A DNA stretch of 64,000 nucleotides, taken from Gaiellaceae bacterium (GTDB lineage Bacteria > Actinomycetota > Thermoleophilia > Gaiellales > Gaiellaceae). The number at the start of each line of letters is the position of its first letter. The stretch's first letter is position 1. The notes beneath the pieces were generated by a model that searched no databases, was not told the DNA's origin, and saw only the letters and a program-made list of their open reading frames with translations. Shown piece after piece: positions 9,145 to 17,764 of this stretch. The stretch lies in assembly GCA_035456465.1 (NCBI GenBank), contig DATIDD010000077.1, positions 4,252 through 68,251 of the forward strand, in the 5' to 3' direction. A program made the position numbers and the translations under genes.

Positions 9145-9942
9145 TCAGTAGGTCTCGAGCGCGGCGCTGCGCCTGCCCTGCAGCTCGAAGAACCGGAAGA
9201 GCCCGAACGCGGCTGCGGCGTAGACGACGCCGACGAGCGCCTCCGTCCACACGAGCCCGGCCACGTCGGCCAGCGCGGCACCGGCCACGACCTCGCGCGC
9301 CGCCTCAATCCCGTGGGTGAGCGGCAGCATCCGCCCGATCCGCTCCGCCCAGCCCGGCAGCTCGTCGAGCGGCACGTTCACGCCGCAGAAGACCCAGAAC
9401 AGGTAGTACGCGAGGTTCGAGATCAGGAACACGTCGCGGGCCCGCATCCCGATCGAGCCGAGCATCAGCCCGAACGCCGTCGCCGACGCGACCGAGATCG
9501 CGACGACGAGCGCGAGCGGCGGCAGCGACGACGCCGCCGGGTCGAAGTCGAGCAGCGCCCAGCCGACGACGAAGCCCCACGTCGACACGACCAGGCCGTT
9601 CGCAAGCACCGGGAGCGAGCGCCCCATGAACAGCGCGAACCGGTTCGCCGGGGTGGCGAGCAGCGGCGCCAGCGTCTGGAACTGCCGCTCGTTCGCGATC
9701 GTCATCGTCCCCGCGAAGATCGCCGACATGCAGGAGATCTGCACCGCGTTCCCGACGACGAAGAACGTGTCGTCCTCGAGGCCCGAGTAGCGGCCCATGT
9801 AGGCGAACAGGAGGATCTGGAACAGCGGCCCGGCGAGCATCGTCGGGATGTAGATCGCCGGCCGGATCCAGTTGAACAGCGCCCGGTAGGCGATGAGGCC
9901 GCCCACGAAGAAGAGCCGGAGCCAGGCGCGGACGCCGGTCAC
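9145..9942 (-). CDS. ABC-2 type transporter permease (4th permease, B' paralog)
   Basis: Six-TM ABC-2 profile. Clear paralog of the 10706..11491 product (LFFVGGLIAYRALFNWIRPAIYIPTMLAGPLFQILLFAYMGR vs LFFVGGVTSYRALFGFLSPGVFIPSLLVAPVFQVLLFVYIGR). GTGA overlap with the upstream gene. Confidence 0.85.
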   Translation of the reverse strand: MTGVRAWLRLFFVGGLIAYRALFNWIRPAIYIPTMLAGPLFQILLFAYMGRYSGLEDDTFFVVGNAVQISCMSAIFAGTMTIANERQFQTLAPLLATPANRFALFMGRSLPVLANGLVVSTWGFVVGWALLDFDPAASSLPPLALVVAISVASATAFGLMLGSIGMRARDVFLISNLAYYLFWVFCGVNVPLDELPGWAERIGRMLPLTHGIEAAREVVAGAALADVAGLVWTEALVGVVYAAAAFGLFRFFELQGRRSAALETY

Positions 9943-10709
9943 GTCAGCGAGAGCGTCGCCTGCCGCCGGGCGGCCCGCTCGAAGTAGCGGAGGAAGAACG
10001 CCGCGATCGCGACGTACCCGGCGCCGAGGAGCAACGTCATCGCCACGTCGGGCGCGGGACTGCCGCCGAGCGCGGCGTCGCGAAGCGCGCGCATCCCCCA
10101 CGTCGGCGCGAGCGCCCACGAGATCGGAAGCACCCACGACGGCAGCAGTGACAGGGGGACGAGCAGCCCGGTGACGAGCAGCACCGGCCACTCGAGCATG
10201 TTCGACAGCGCGTTCGCGTGGCGGTAGAGGACGAAGGTGGCCGCGAACACCATCCCGAGCAGCCCGAGGCCGACGATGGTGACGGGGACGGCGACCGCGA
10301 ACCACAGCGGGTGCTCGACCGTGAACGGGATCCCGAACGCGAGCCGCCCCCAGAGCAGGGTCGCGCAGAGGGAGTAGATCCCGATCGTCGAGGTCGCGAG
10401 CGTCAGCGGCAGCACGACGAGGAAGAACGGCGCGGGCGCCGCGACGAGGAGCTCGAGCGTCCCCTGCCACCGCTGCCACTGGATCGCGCCACCGGAGCCG
10501 AACAGCGTGGACGACCAGATCCCGTACACCGCGGCTCCGAGCGCAGCCCAGAAGAGCGTCCCTTCCCGCTGCCCGGCCTGGAACATGAAGAACGCGACCG
10601 TGGCCAGGATGACCGGCATGAACACCGTCGTCAGAAGGAAGAACCACGACAGCGTCAGGCCCTTCAGGTGGAAGACCCAGCCCCGGTGGACGAGCCGCAG
10701 GGTGCTCAC
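9939..10709 (-). CDS. ABC-2 type transporter permease (3rd permease, A' paralog)
   Basis: Paralog of the 11496..12257 product (RWQGTLELLVAAPA / RWHGTLELLVAAPV; both end in ..LSLT). GTG start at 10709 overlaps the upstream stop (GTGA). Confidence 0.85.
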   Translation of the reverse strand: MSTLRLVHRGWVFHLKGLTLSWFFLLTTVFMPVILATVAFFMFQAGQREGTLFWAALGAAVYGIWSSTLFGSGGAIQWQRWQGTLELLVAAPAPFFLVVLPLTLATSTIGIYSLCATLLWGRLAFGIPFTVEHPLWFAVAVPVTIVGLGLLGMVFAATFVLYRHANALSNMLEWPVLLVTGLLVPLSLLPSWVLPISWALAPTWGMRALRDAALGGSPAPDVAMTLLLGAGYVAIAAFFLRYFERAARRQATLSLT

Positions 10710-11491
10710 GCGCGCTCCAGGGTGGCGTGCCGGCGGCTGAGCAGCTCGAGCTGGCGCAGGACGGCGTAGCCGACGACGAGGTAGGCGCAGCCGATCAGCG
10801 CCTCGACCCCCACGAGGCCCGCGACGTCGCCGAGCGCGTCGCCCGCGGCCAGCCGTCGCGCCGCCTCGATCGCGTGCGTGAACGGGAGCCACCGGCCGAC
10901 CGCCTGCATCCACTCCGGCAGCCGGTCGGTCGCGACGTTCGCGCCGGTGAACACGAGCAGCAGGCCGAAGACGACGTTCGAGAGCACCGCGGTCTCGCGG
11001 ACGACGAGCCCGATGCCCGCCGTCAGCAGCCCGAGCCCCGTGCACGAGAAGGCGGCGACCGCCGCGACGAGCGCGATCGGCGCGAAGGCGGACGTCGGGA
11101 TGTCGAGGTCGAGCAGGAGGTAGGCGACCGTGAACGTGAACGCGGACACGAACCAGGCGTTGGCGAGGACGGGGAGCGCGCGACCGAGGTAGAGGGGGAG
11201 CCGCGGCGCCGGCGTGACGAGGATGAACCCGAGCGTCTGCTGGAAGCGCTCGCCCGAGATGATCTGCGTCATCGCGAACAGGCACGGGATCGAGGCGTAC
11301 TGGATCGCGTTCCCGATCACGTAGAACTCGTCGGACTCCGCACCGGCAGAGCGCCCGATGTAGACGAACAGGAGCACCTGGAAGACCGGGGCGACGAGCA
11401 GGCTCGGGATGAAGACGCCCGGCGAGAGGAAGCCGAAGAGCGCGCGGTAGCTCGTGACCCCGCCGACGAAGAAGAGCCGCGCCGACCTCAT
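10706..11491 (-). CDS. ABC-2 type transporter permease (2nd permease, B)
   Basis: Six-TM ABC-2 membrane protein; see paralogy with 9145..9942. Confidence 0.85.
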   Translation of the reverse strand: MRSARLFFVGGVTSYRALFGFLSPGVFIPSLLVAPVFQVLLFVYIGRSAGAESDEFYVIGNAIQYASIPCLFAMTQIISGERFQQTLGFILVTPAPRLPLYLGRALPVLANAWFVSAFTFTVAYLLLDLDIPTSAFAPIALVAAVAAFSCTGLGLLTAGIGLVVRETAVLSNVVFGLLLVFTGANVATDRLPEWMQAVGRWLPFTHAIEAARRLAAGDALGDVAGLVGVEALIGCAYLVVGYAVLRQLELLSRRHATLERA

Positions 11492-11495
11492 CGGC

Positions 11496-12257
11496 TCACG
11501 TGAGCGACAGCACCGCGCGGGCGCGGGCGGCGTCGATGACGCGGTTCGCGACGAGCAGCCCGAAGCTGACGTACGCGCCGGCGAGGCCGACGCACATCAG
11601 CACGTCGGGCAGCGGGTTGCCGCCGAGCGCCGACTCGCGGATCGCGTTCATCCCCCAGGTCGGCGCGAGCACCCAGGAGATCGGCCGCACCCACCCCGGG
11701 AACAGCGAGAGCGGCACGAGGAAGCCGCACACGAGCCAGACGGGGTACTCGAACATGTTCCCGAGCGCCCACGCGCGCCGGAAGCGGACGAACGAGACCG
11801 CGAAGAGGAAGCCGAGCGAGCCCATCGAGACGATCGCGACGGGGAGCGACAGCGCGAACAGCGCCGGGTGCTCGACGGTCAGGTGGATCCCGAACAGGAG
11901 CCGTCCCCAGAGGAGCGTCGCGACGAGGCTGTAGAGGCCCATCGTCGCGAGCGCGATCGTGACCGGCAGCAGCACGAGCGCGAAGTGGACGGGGGCGGCG
12001 ACGAGCAGCTCGAGCGTCCCGTGCCAGCGCTCGCGCTGCATCGCCGAGCCGGCGCTCGTGCTCGTCGCGCCCCAGATCCCCATCACGGCGGCGCCGAGCG
12101 ACGCGTACAGGAGCGCGTCCGGGTCGAACATGAAGAACGCCACGGTGGCGAAGAACAGCGGGTAGAGCACCTGCAGCAGCCCGTCGAAGGACGAGCGCGC
12201 GTACATCTTCACGTGCAGCAGCCAGCCGACGCCGACGAGCCGCAGCGCCCTACGCAT
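11496..12257 (-). CDS. ABC-2 type transporter permease (1st permease, A)
   Basis: Six-TM ABC-2 membrane protein. Overlaps the ATPase gene stop by 8 nt. Confidence 0.85.
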   Translation of the reverse strand: MRRALRLVGVGWLLHVKMYARSSFDGLLQVLYPLFFATVAFFMFDPDALLYASLGAAVMGIWGATSTSAGSAMQRERWHGTLELLVAAPVHFALVLLPVTIALATMGLYSLVATLLWGRLLFGIHLTVEHPALFALSLPVAIVSMGSLGFLFAVSFVRFRRAWALGNMFEYPVWLVCGFLVPLSLFPGWVRPISWVLAPTWGMNAIRESALGGNPLPDVLMCVGLAGAYVSFGLLVANRVIDAARARAVLSLT

Positions 12258-13218
12258 CGCCGACGAGCTGGACGTAGGCGTCCTCGAGCGTCGGCTCCCG
12301 CGACGAGACGCGCCCGACCGACACGCCGTTCAGGCTGGACAGGATCGCGTGGGTCAGCTCCGCGCCGGCCTCCGTCTGGACGACGAGGAGCTGGGCCTGC
12401 TCGCGCTCCTCGACCGACACGCCGCGGACGCCGGCGAGGTCACCGACCGTCGCGACGTGCTCCTCGGCGCCGCCGAAGATCTCGACCTCGACCACGCGGC
12501 CGTCGGAGACCAGGTCCTTGAGCTCGCGGGGCGTGCCCTCCGCGACGATCTGTCCCTTCGCGATCACGGCGATCCGGTCGCAGAGCGCGTCGGCCTCGAA
12601 CATGTAGTGCGTCGTCAGCAGCACCGTCTTGCCGCCCGCGACGAGTCCGCCGATGGTGGCGCGCAGCTCGCGCGCGCCGACGGGGTCGACGCCGATCGTC
12701 GGCTCGTCGAGGAACACGACCTCGGGGTCGTGGAGCAGCCCGCGGGCGATGTGGAGCCGCTGCCGCATCCCGCGGGAGTAGCCCTCGACGCGCTCCTTCT
12801 CGCGTCCGGTCAGGCCGACCAGCTCCAGCAGCTCGCCGATCCGGCGCCGCTGCTCGCGCGCCGGCACGCCGTACAGCTCGGCGAAGTAGCGGAGGTTGTC
12901 GAGCGCCGAGAGCCGCTCGTACAGTCCGCGCTCGCCGCCGAAGACGTAGCCGATCCTGCGCCGCACCTCGCGCGCGTCGTGGACGACGTCGTAGCCGAGC
13001 ACGCGTGCCCGGCCCGACGTGGGGATGAGCAGCGTGATGAGCATCTTGATCGTCGTCGTCTTGCCGGCGCCGTTCGGCCCGAGCAGCCCGAACAGCTCGC
13101 CGCGCTCGACGGCGAAGGAGACTCCGCGCACGGCCTCGACGTCGAGCGCGCGGCGGCGCAGCACCCCCGTGGAGGTGCGGTAGGTGCGGCGCAGGTCCTC
13201 GGCCTCGATCACCGCCAC
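12250..13218 (-). CDS. ABC transporter ATP-binding protein (DrrA-like, ABC-2 subfamily)
   Basis: Walker A GPNGAGKTT, signature YSRGMRQRL, Walker B VVFLDEPTIGVD, H-loop TTHYM. Confidence 0.92.
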   Translation of the reverse strand: MAVIEAEDLRRTYRTSTGVLRRRALDVEAVRGVSFAVERGELFGLLGPNGAGKTTTIKMLITLLIPTSGRARVLGYDVVHDAREVRRRIGYVFGGERGLYERLSALDNLRYFAELYGVPAREQRRRIGELLELVGLTGREKERVEGYSRGMRQRLHIARGLLHDPEVVFLDEPTIGVDPVGARELRATIGGLVAGGKTVLLTTHYMFEADALCDRIAVIAKGQIVAEGTPRELKDLVSDGRVVEVEIFGGAEEHVATVGDLAGVRGVSVEEREQAQLLVVQTEAGAELTHAILSSLNGVSVGRVSSREPTLEDAYVQLVGDA

Positions 13219-13313
13219 GCCGCCAGCATAGGCAGCCGCGGCAGGCCGGGCAGGGCGGAAAACCGCCCTGTTGGCGGTTTCGGATCCCGGCGGGCGCGGA
13301 GTAGGCTGCGCGC

Positions 13314-13982
13314 GTGGAGGCCGGCCGCGTCACGACCCTCGCCGAGGCGCTGGGCGGTACGGCGAACGGCAGCGCGCCCACCGTCGCCGGCGGCGCGCTC
13401 GAGCAGCACGTGATCGCGCTCGCGCCGGGCACGACCCTGCACCGCGCGGGCGAGCGGGCCGAGACGCTCTTCGTCGCCTCCGGCCGCGGCGCGCTCCGCG
13501 TCGGCCCCGAGGAGCACGGGCTCGTGGCCGAGACGGGGATCCTGCTGGCCCCCGGCGAGGTCGCGGAGCTCGAGGTCGAGGAGGAGCTCCGCCTCGTCCG
13601 CGCGCTCGCGCCGGCCGGGGAGGCGAGGACGCCCCGCACCGTGCGGTACGCGGACGAGGAGGCGCGCGACGCCGGGATCGGGCGGGAGTTCCGGCTCCTG
13701 TGCTGCACCGCCGCCACGACGCAGTTCGTCGGTCTCGTCCCGCCCGGGCGCGCGAAGATGCACAACCACCCCTACGACGAGGTCGCCTACGTCGTCGAGG
13801 GCACGGGCGTGCTCCACTGGGAGGACGGGCCCGACGAGCCCGTCGGCGGCGGCTCCTGCATCTTCTTCCCCCGCCTCGTCTTCCACTCGCTCGAGAACAC
13901 GGGCGACGACACGCTGCGGATCATGGGCGTGCTCGAGCCCGCGCACAGCCCCGCCGATCGCGTCCGGGTGCTCGACTGGTGA
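13314..13982 (+). CDS. Cupin (bicupin-like) domain protein
   Basis: Second half carries a cupin metal motif (HNHPYDEVAYVVEGTG...FHSLENTG). Divergent from the ABC operon. Confidence 0.65.
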   Translation: MEAGRVTTLAEALGGTANGSAPTVAGGALEQHVIALAPGTTLHRAGERAETLFVASGRGALRVGPEEHGLVAETGILLAPGEVAELEVEEELRLVRALAPAGEARTPRTVRYADEEARDAGIGREFRLLCCTAATTQFVGLVPPGRAKMHNHPYDEVAYVVEGTGVLHWEDGPDEPVGGGSCIFFPRLVFHSLENTGDDTLRIMGVLEPAHSPADRVRVLDW

Positions 13983-14009
13983 CTGCCGGGCGGCGGCGCG
14001 CCGTCTTGC

Positions 14010-14021
14010 GTTTGATCAAAC
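14010..14021. promoter_or_regulatory. Perfect 12-bp palindrome GTTTGATCAAAC inside the putative liv promoter
   Basis: AT-rich palindrome overlaps a -35-like TTGCGT (14006-14011) and the spacer, with a -10-like TAAGCT (14030-14035). Lies about 60 nt upstream of the livJ ATG; GGAGGAG SD at about 14066. Confidence 0.5.
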
Positions 14022-14078
14022 CAGCGGCATAAGCTCGACGTCCTACGGAGAGAGGGGAACACCACCAAGGAGGAGCGG

Positions 14079-15275
14079 ATGCGCAGGCACGGCAGGAAGC
14101 CTGTCGGCGTCGTGATCGCGGCGGCCCTGGTCGGGACGCTCGCGGTCACAGCGGCGGCATACGGAAGGCCCGGAGCGAGCGCGGGGACGGCGGCCCCGGC
14201 GGCAGCCGACGCCGCGGCCGTCTCGTGCGGGTCGGCCCGGATCGGGATCATGGGCCCGTTCACGGGCAACGCCGCCTCGATCGGGCAGGAGCAGCTGAAG
14301 TGGGCGCGCTACGGGCTCGCGACGTTCAACCGCCAGAACCGGACGAACTACAAGCTCCGCGAGGCCGACACGCAGCTCGTCGCGTCGCAGGCGGCCACGC
14401 GTGCGACCCAGCTCGCCGCCGACCGCAACGTCGTCGTCGTCGTCGGGCCGGCCGGCAGCCAGGAGGTCCAGGCGGTCGCGCGCACGTACCGCGGCATGGC
14501 CTTCATCTCGTCGTCCGCGACGAACACGTCGCTCACGATCGGCAGCAAGCGGATCAGGACCTTCTACCGCGTGGTCGGCAACGACGCCGCTCAGGCCGTC
14601 ACCGACGCCCGGTTCATCCGCGACCGGCTCAACGGGCGGCGCGTCTGGATCATCGACGACCAGACCTCGTACAGCGTCCCGCTCGCGAACGGGGTGCAGG
14701 CGAACCTCCGCGCCGCGGGGGCGACGGTGACCCGCGAGTCGGTCAACCAGAGCCAGGCGGACTTCTCGTCGCTCGTGACGCGGATCCCGACCGACACACA
14801 GGTCGTCTTCCTTCCGTGGCAGCTCGCCAACCGGGCCGCGACCTTCTACAACCAGATGCGCGAGCAGGGGAAGCGGGCCACGATCCTCGGCTCCGACGGC
14901 CTCGACTCGGGCGACTTCATCGGCGTGGCGAACGGCTCGTACTTCTCGGCCTTCGCCCCGGACATCCGGCGGAGCAGGAACGCCGCGATCAGGCGCATCA
15001 TCGCCGGCTACGTCAGGCAGTACGGCGCGAAGGCGTACCAGAGCAACTTCGGGCCGCCGACGTACCTGGCGACGCAGGCGGCGTACGTCGCCCTCAGGTC
15101 GGCGTGCGCGGACGGTCAGGTCAGCCGGGCGGAGATCCTCCGGCTGCTCCCGAAGACGAACATCCTCAACTCGATCCTCGGCGGCGGGCTCAAGTTCAAC
15201 AGGAACCACGACCCGTCGGCCGCGCGCTTCTACCTGTTCCGGGTCGTCAACGGCAAGGCGCAGTTCGTCCAGTAG
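14079..15275 (+). CDS. livJ: Branched-chain amino acid ABC transporter substrate-binding protein
   Basis: Signal-peptide-like N-terminus and a periplasmic-binding-protein type I profile (GPFTGNAASIGQE..., VVVVGPAGSQE). Operon context with livHMGF. Confidence 0.85.
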   Translation: MRRHGRKPVGVVIAAALVGTLAVTAAAYGRPGASAGTAAPAAADAAAVSCGSARIGIMGPFTGNAASIGQEQLKWARYGLATFNRQNRTNYKLREADTQLVASQAATRATQLAADRNVVVVVGPAGSQEVQAVARTYRGMAFISSSATNTSLTIGSKRIRTFYRVVGNDAAQAVTDARFIRDRLNGRRVWIIDDQTSYSVPLANGVQANLRAAGATVTRESVNQSQADFSSLVTRIPTDTQVVFLPWQLANRAATFYNQMREQGKRATILGSDGLDSGDFIGVANGSYFSAFAPDIRRSRNAAIRRIIAGYVRQYGAKAYQSNFGPPTYLATQAAYVALRSACADGQVSRAEILRLLPKTNILNSILGGGLKFNRNHDPSAARFYLFRVVNGKAQFVQ

Positions 15276-15292
15276 ACGGCTGCGAGTCGACC

Positions 15293-15324
15293 GCGTCCGG
15301 CCCGTGCACCGACGGGCCGGACGC
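15293..15324 (+). terminator. 12-bp-stem hairpin between livJ and livH (attenuator/partial terminator)
   Basis: GCGTCCGGCCCG-tgcaccga-CGGGCCGGACGC followed by GTCTTCC, 18 nt after the livJ stop. Confidence 0.5.
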
Positions 15325-15341
15325 GTCTTCCACCCCCCCAC

Positions 15342-16277
15342 ATGATCCTGGCCGTCGACTGGAACGTGTTCGTCCAGCTCACCGTCAACGGGGTGACGCT
15401 GGGAAGCGTGTACGCCCTGATCGCGCTCGGCTACACGCTCGTCTACGGGATCCTCAAGCTCCTGAACTTCGCCCACGGCGACGTGTTCATGATCGGCGCC
15501 TTCATCGGCTACGGCGTGCTCACCGCGCTCGGCGGCGCGCTCGACCCGCGCGTCCCCGTGTGGATCCTGATCACGCTGATGTTCGTCGCCGCGATGCTCG
15601 GCTCCGGGTTGCTCAACGTCGCGGTCGAGCGCTTCGCCTACCGGCCGCTCCGCAACGCTCCCCGGATCGCGCCGCTGATCAGCGCGCTCGGCGTCTCGTT
15701 CTTCCTCCAGAACTCGGCGCTGCTGCTGTTCTCGGCGAACTTCCGCACCTACGACACGTTCAGCCTGATCGACCCCGTCCGCGGGATCCACAAGGGGCCG
15801 CTCAACGTGTCGATCCCGCGCATGCTCACGATCGTCGCCGCGCTGGCGCTGATGGCCGTCCTCACCGCCTTCGTCGCGCGCACGCGCACCGGGAAGGCGA
15901 TGCGGGCGACGTCGTACGACCGCGAGGCCGCGTCGATGATGGGGATCGACGTCGACCGCGTGATCGTCGTCACCTTCTTCCTCGGCGGCGCGCTGGCCGG
16001 CGCGGCGGGCGTGATGTTCGGCCTCGTCTTCTCGCAGATCTACCACCTGATGGGCTTCTTCGCGGGGCTCAAGGGCTTCACCGCCGCCGTGATCGGCGGC
16101 ATCGGCTCGATCCCCGGCGCGATGCTCGGCGGGCTCCTGATCGGGCTGGCCGAGGCATACACGGCCGGCTACTGGACCTCGACCTTCCAGGACCTCGTGG
16201 TCTTCTCGCTCCTGATCGTCGTGATGCTCGTGCGCCCGCGCGGGCTCCTCGGCCGCGCCGACATCCAGAAGGTCTGA
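15342..16277 (+). CDS. livH: Branched-chain amino acid ABC transporter permease
   Basis: LivH-like profile (GVTLGSVYALIALGYTLVYGILKLLNFAHGD). Confidence 0.9.
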   Translation: MILAVDWNVFVQLTVNGVTLGSVYALIALGYTLVYGILKLLNFAHGDVFMIGAFIGYGVLTALGGALDPRVPVWILITLMFVAAMLGSGLLNVAVERFAYRPLRNAPRIAPLISALGVSFFLQNSALLLFSANFRTYDTFSLIDPVRGIHKGPLNVSIPRMLTIVAALALMAVLTAFVARTRTGKAMRATSYDREAASMMGIDVDRVIVVTFFLGGALAGAAGVMFGLVFSQIYHLMGFFAGLKGFTAAVIGGIGSIPGAMLGGLLIGLAEAYTAGYWTSTFQDLVVFSLLIVVMLVRPRGLLGRADIQKV

Positions 16278-17764
16278 TGGCCGACGAGCCCCACGCCTCC
16301 GAGCTCGCGGACGCCCCCGACGCCGAAGGGCCCCGGATCGGGACGGACGAGTGGGTCGCCCGCCACGGCGAGCGCGACGAGCGCTACGCGGGGCTGACCG
16401 GCCGCCTGCGCCGCGAGGGCGAGCGCGTCTCGTGGACTGCCTGGCTGCTCGCGTTCGTCGTGGTCGCGGCGATGCTGCCGCTGCTCACGAGCGACGAGTA
16501 CGTGCTGCGCGTCGGCGTGGACACGCTCATCTACATGCTGCTGGCGATCGGCCTCAACGTGGTCGTCGGCTGGGCGGGCCTGCTCGACCTCGGCTACGTC
16601 GCGTTCTTCGGATTCGGCGCGTACCTGTACGCGATCCTGTCGTCGGCCCAGTTCGACCTCCACTGGCCCGCGCTCGTGACCGTGCCGATCGTCGTCGCCT
16701 CGACGGCGGGGCTGGGGCTGCTCCTCGGCCTCTCGTCGCGGCGCCTGCAGGGCGACTACCTCGCGATCGTGACGCTGTTCTTCCTGCAGATCTTCGTCGT
16801 GCTCGTGTCCAACTCGGACCGGCTGACGCTGCCGTTCGTCGGGCACCCGGTCGACTTCACGGGCAGCGTGAACGGGATCCCGAACGTCGACCCGTTTCGC
16901 CTGTTCGGCTACGAGTTCGTCAGCAACACGCAGTACTACCTGCTCGCGCTCGGCGTGTTCGCGCTCGCGGTCACGGCCCTGCACCTCGTCGACCAATCGC
17001 GCACCGGCCGCGCCTGGAAGGCCCTGCGCGAGGACTCGCTCGCCGCCGAGCTGATGTCGATGCCGGTGCGACGCCTGAAGCTGCTCGCGTTCATGTTCGG
17101 CGCCGGGATGGCGGGGCTGACCGGGTCGATCGCGGCGCCGCTCCATACCGGCGTCTTCCCCACCGACTTCGACCTGCCGCTGCTGATCACGGTCTACGCG
17201 ATGGTGATCCTCGGCGGCGCCGGCAGCCTCGCCGGCGTCGCGCTCGGCGCGATCGTGATCAACGTCGCCCTCGAGGTGCTGACCAACGCGGAGCACGCGC
17301 GGTGGCTGTTCTACGGCGCGATCGTCCTCGCCGTGCTGAAGCTCGTCCGGCCGTGGGCGTGGGCGTGGGCGGTCGTCGTCGGCACGGCGGCCTTCGGGAT
17401 CGCGCTCCGGCTCGTCGCGGACGCGTGGTGGGAGCGCGGGACGGCCCGGGCGGCACCCGAGGACGCCGACCGCGTGACGCGGCTCGTCGACTCGTGGGTG
17501 CTGCTCCCTTCCGATCCGGGCACGGTGGCGAAGTACGCGTACGTCGTGCTGGTCGCCGCCGTCCTCGGGCTGACGCTGATCCACGGTTGGCGGCGCCTGG
17601 TCGCGCTCGTCCCGGTGCTCTACCTGGCGGCGTTCGTGTGGGAGAACCTGCTCGCGTTCAACGCGAGCATCACCCGGCTGATCCTGCTCGGCGCGCTGCT
17701 CGTCGCGCTGATGCACGCGCGCCCGCAGGGGCTGCTCGGGACGCCGCGGGTGGAGATCGTCTGA
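16277..17764 (+). CDS. livM: Branched-chain amino acid ABC transporter permease (extended LivM)
   Basis: Only the last 495 codons of the 1179-aa track ORF. ATGA-type overlap with the livH stop. LivM motifs (IYMLLAIGLNVVVGWAGLLDLGYVAFFGFGAY). Confidence 0.88.
   Translation: MADEPHASELADAPDAEGPRIGTDEWVARHGERDERYAGLTGRLRREGERVSWTAWLLAFVVVAAMLPLLTSDEYVLRVGVDTLIYMLLAIGLNVVVGWAGLLDLGYVAFFGFGAYLYAILSSAQFDLHWPALVTVPIVVASTAGLGLLLGLSSRRLQGDYLAIVTLFFLQIFVVLVSNSDRLTLPFVGHPVDFTGSVNGIPNVDPFRLFGYEFVSNTQYYLLALGVFALAVTALHLVDQSRTGRAWKALREDSLAAELMSMPVRRLKLLAFMFGAGMAGLTGSIAAPLHTGVFPTDFDLPLLITVYAMVILGGAGSLAGVALGAIVINVALEVLTNAEHARWLFYGAIVLAVLKLVRPWAWAWAVVVGTAAFGIALRLVADAWWERGTARAAPEDADRVTRLVDSWVLLPSDPGTVAKYAYVVLVAAVLGLTLIHGWRRLVALVPVLYLAAFVWENLLAFNASITRLILLGALLVALMHARPQGLLGTPRVEIV

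Noticed and set aside
7305-9250. Long minus-strand ORFs (296 aa and 622 aa) antisense to the metallophosphoesterase and MOSC genes
   Set aside because: These Arg/Pro/Asp-rich shadow frames overlap two plus-strand genes with clear catalytic motifs.
14225-17764. 1179-aa ORF in the six-frame track
   Set aside because: This is high-GC read-through. The first ~680 codons overlap livJ/livH in another frame and are Arg/Pro/Gly-rich junk. Only the last 495 codons (from ATG 16277) form a LivM-type permease.
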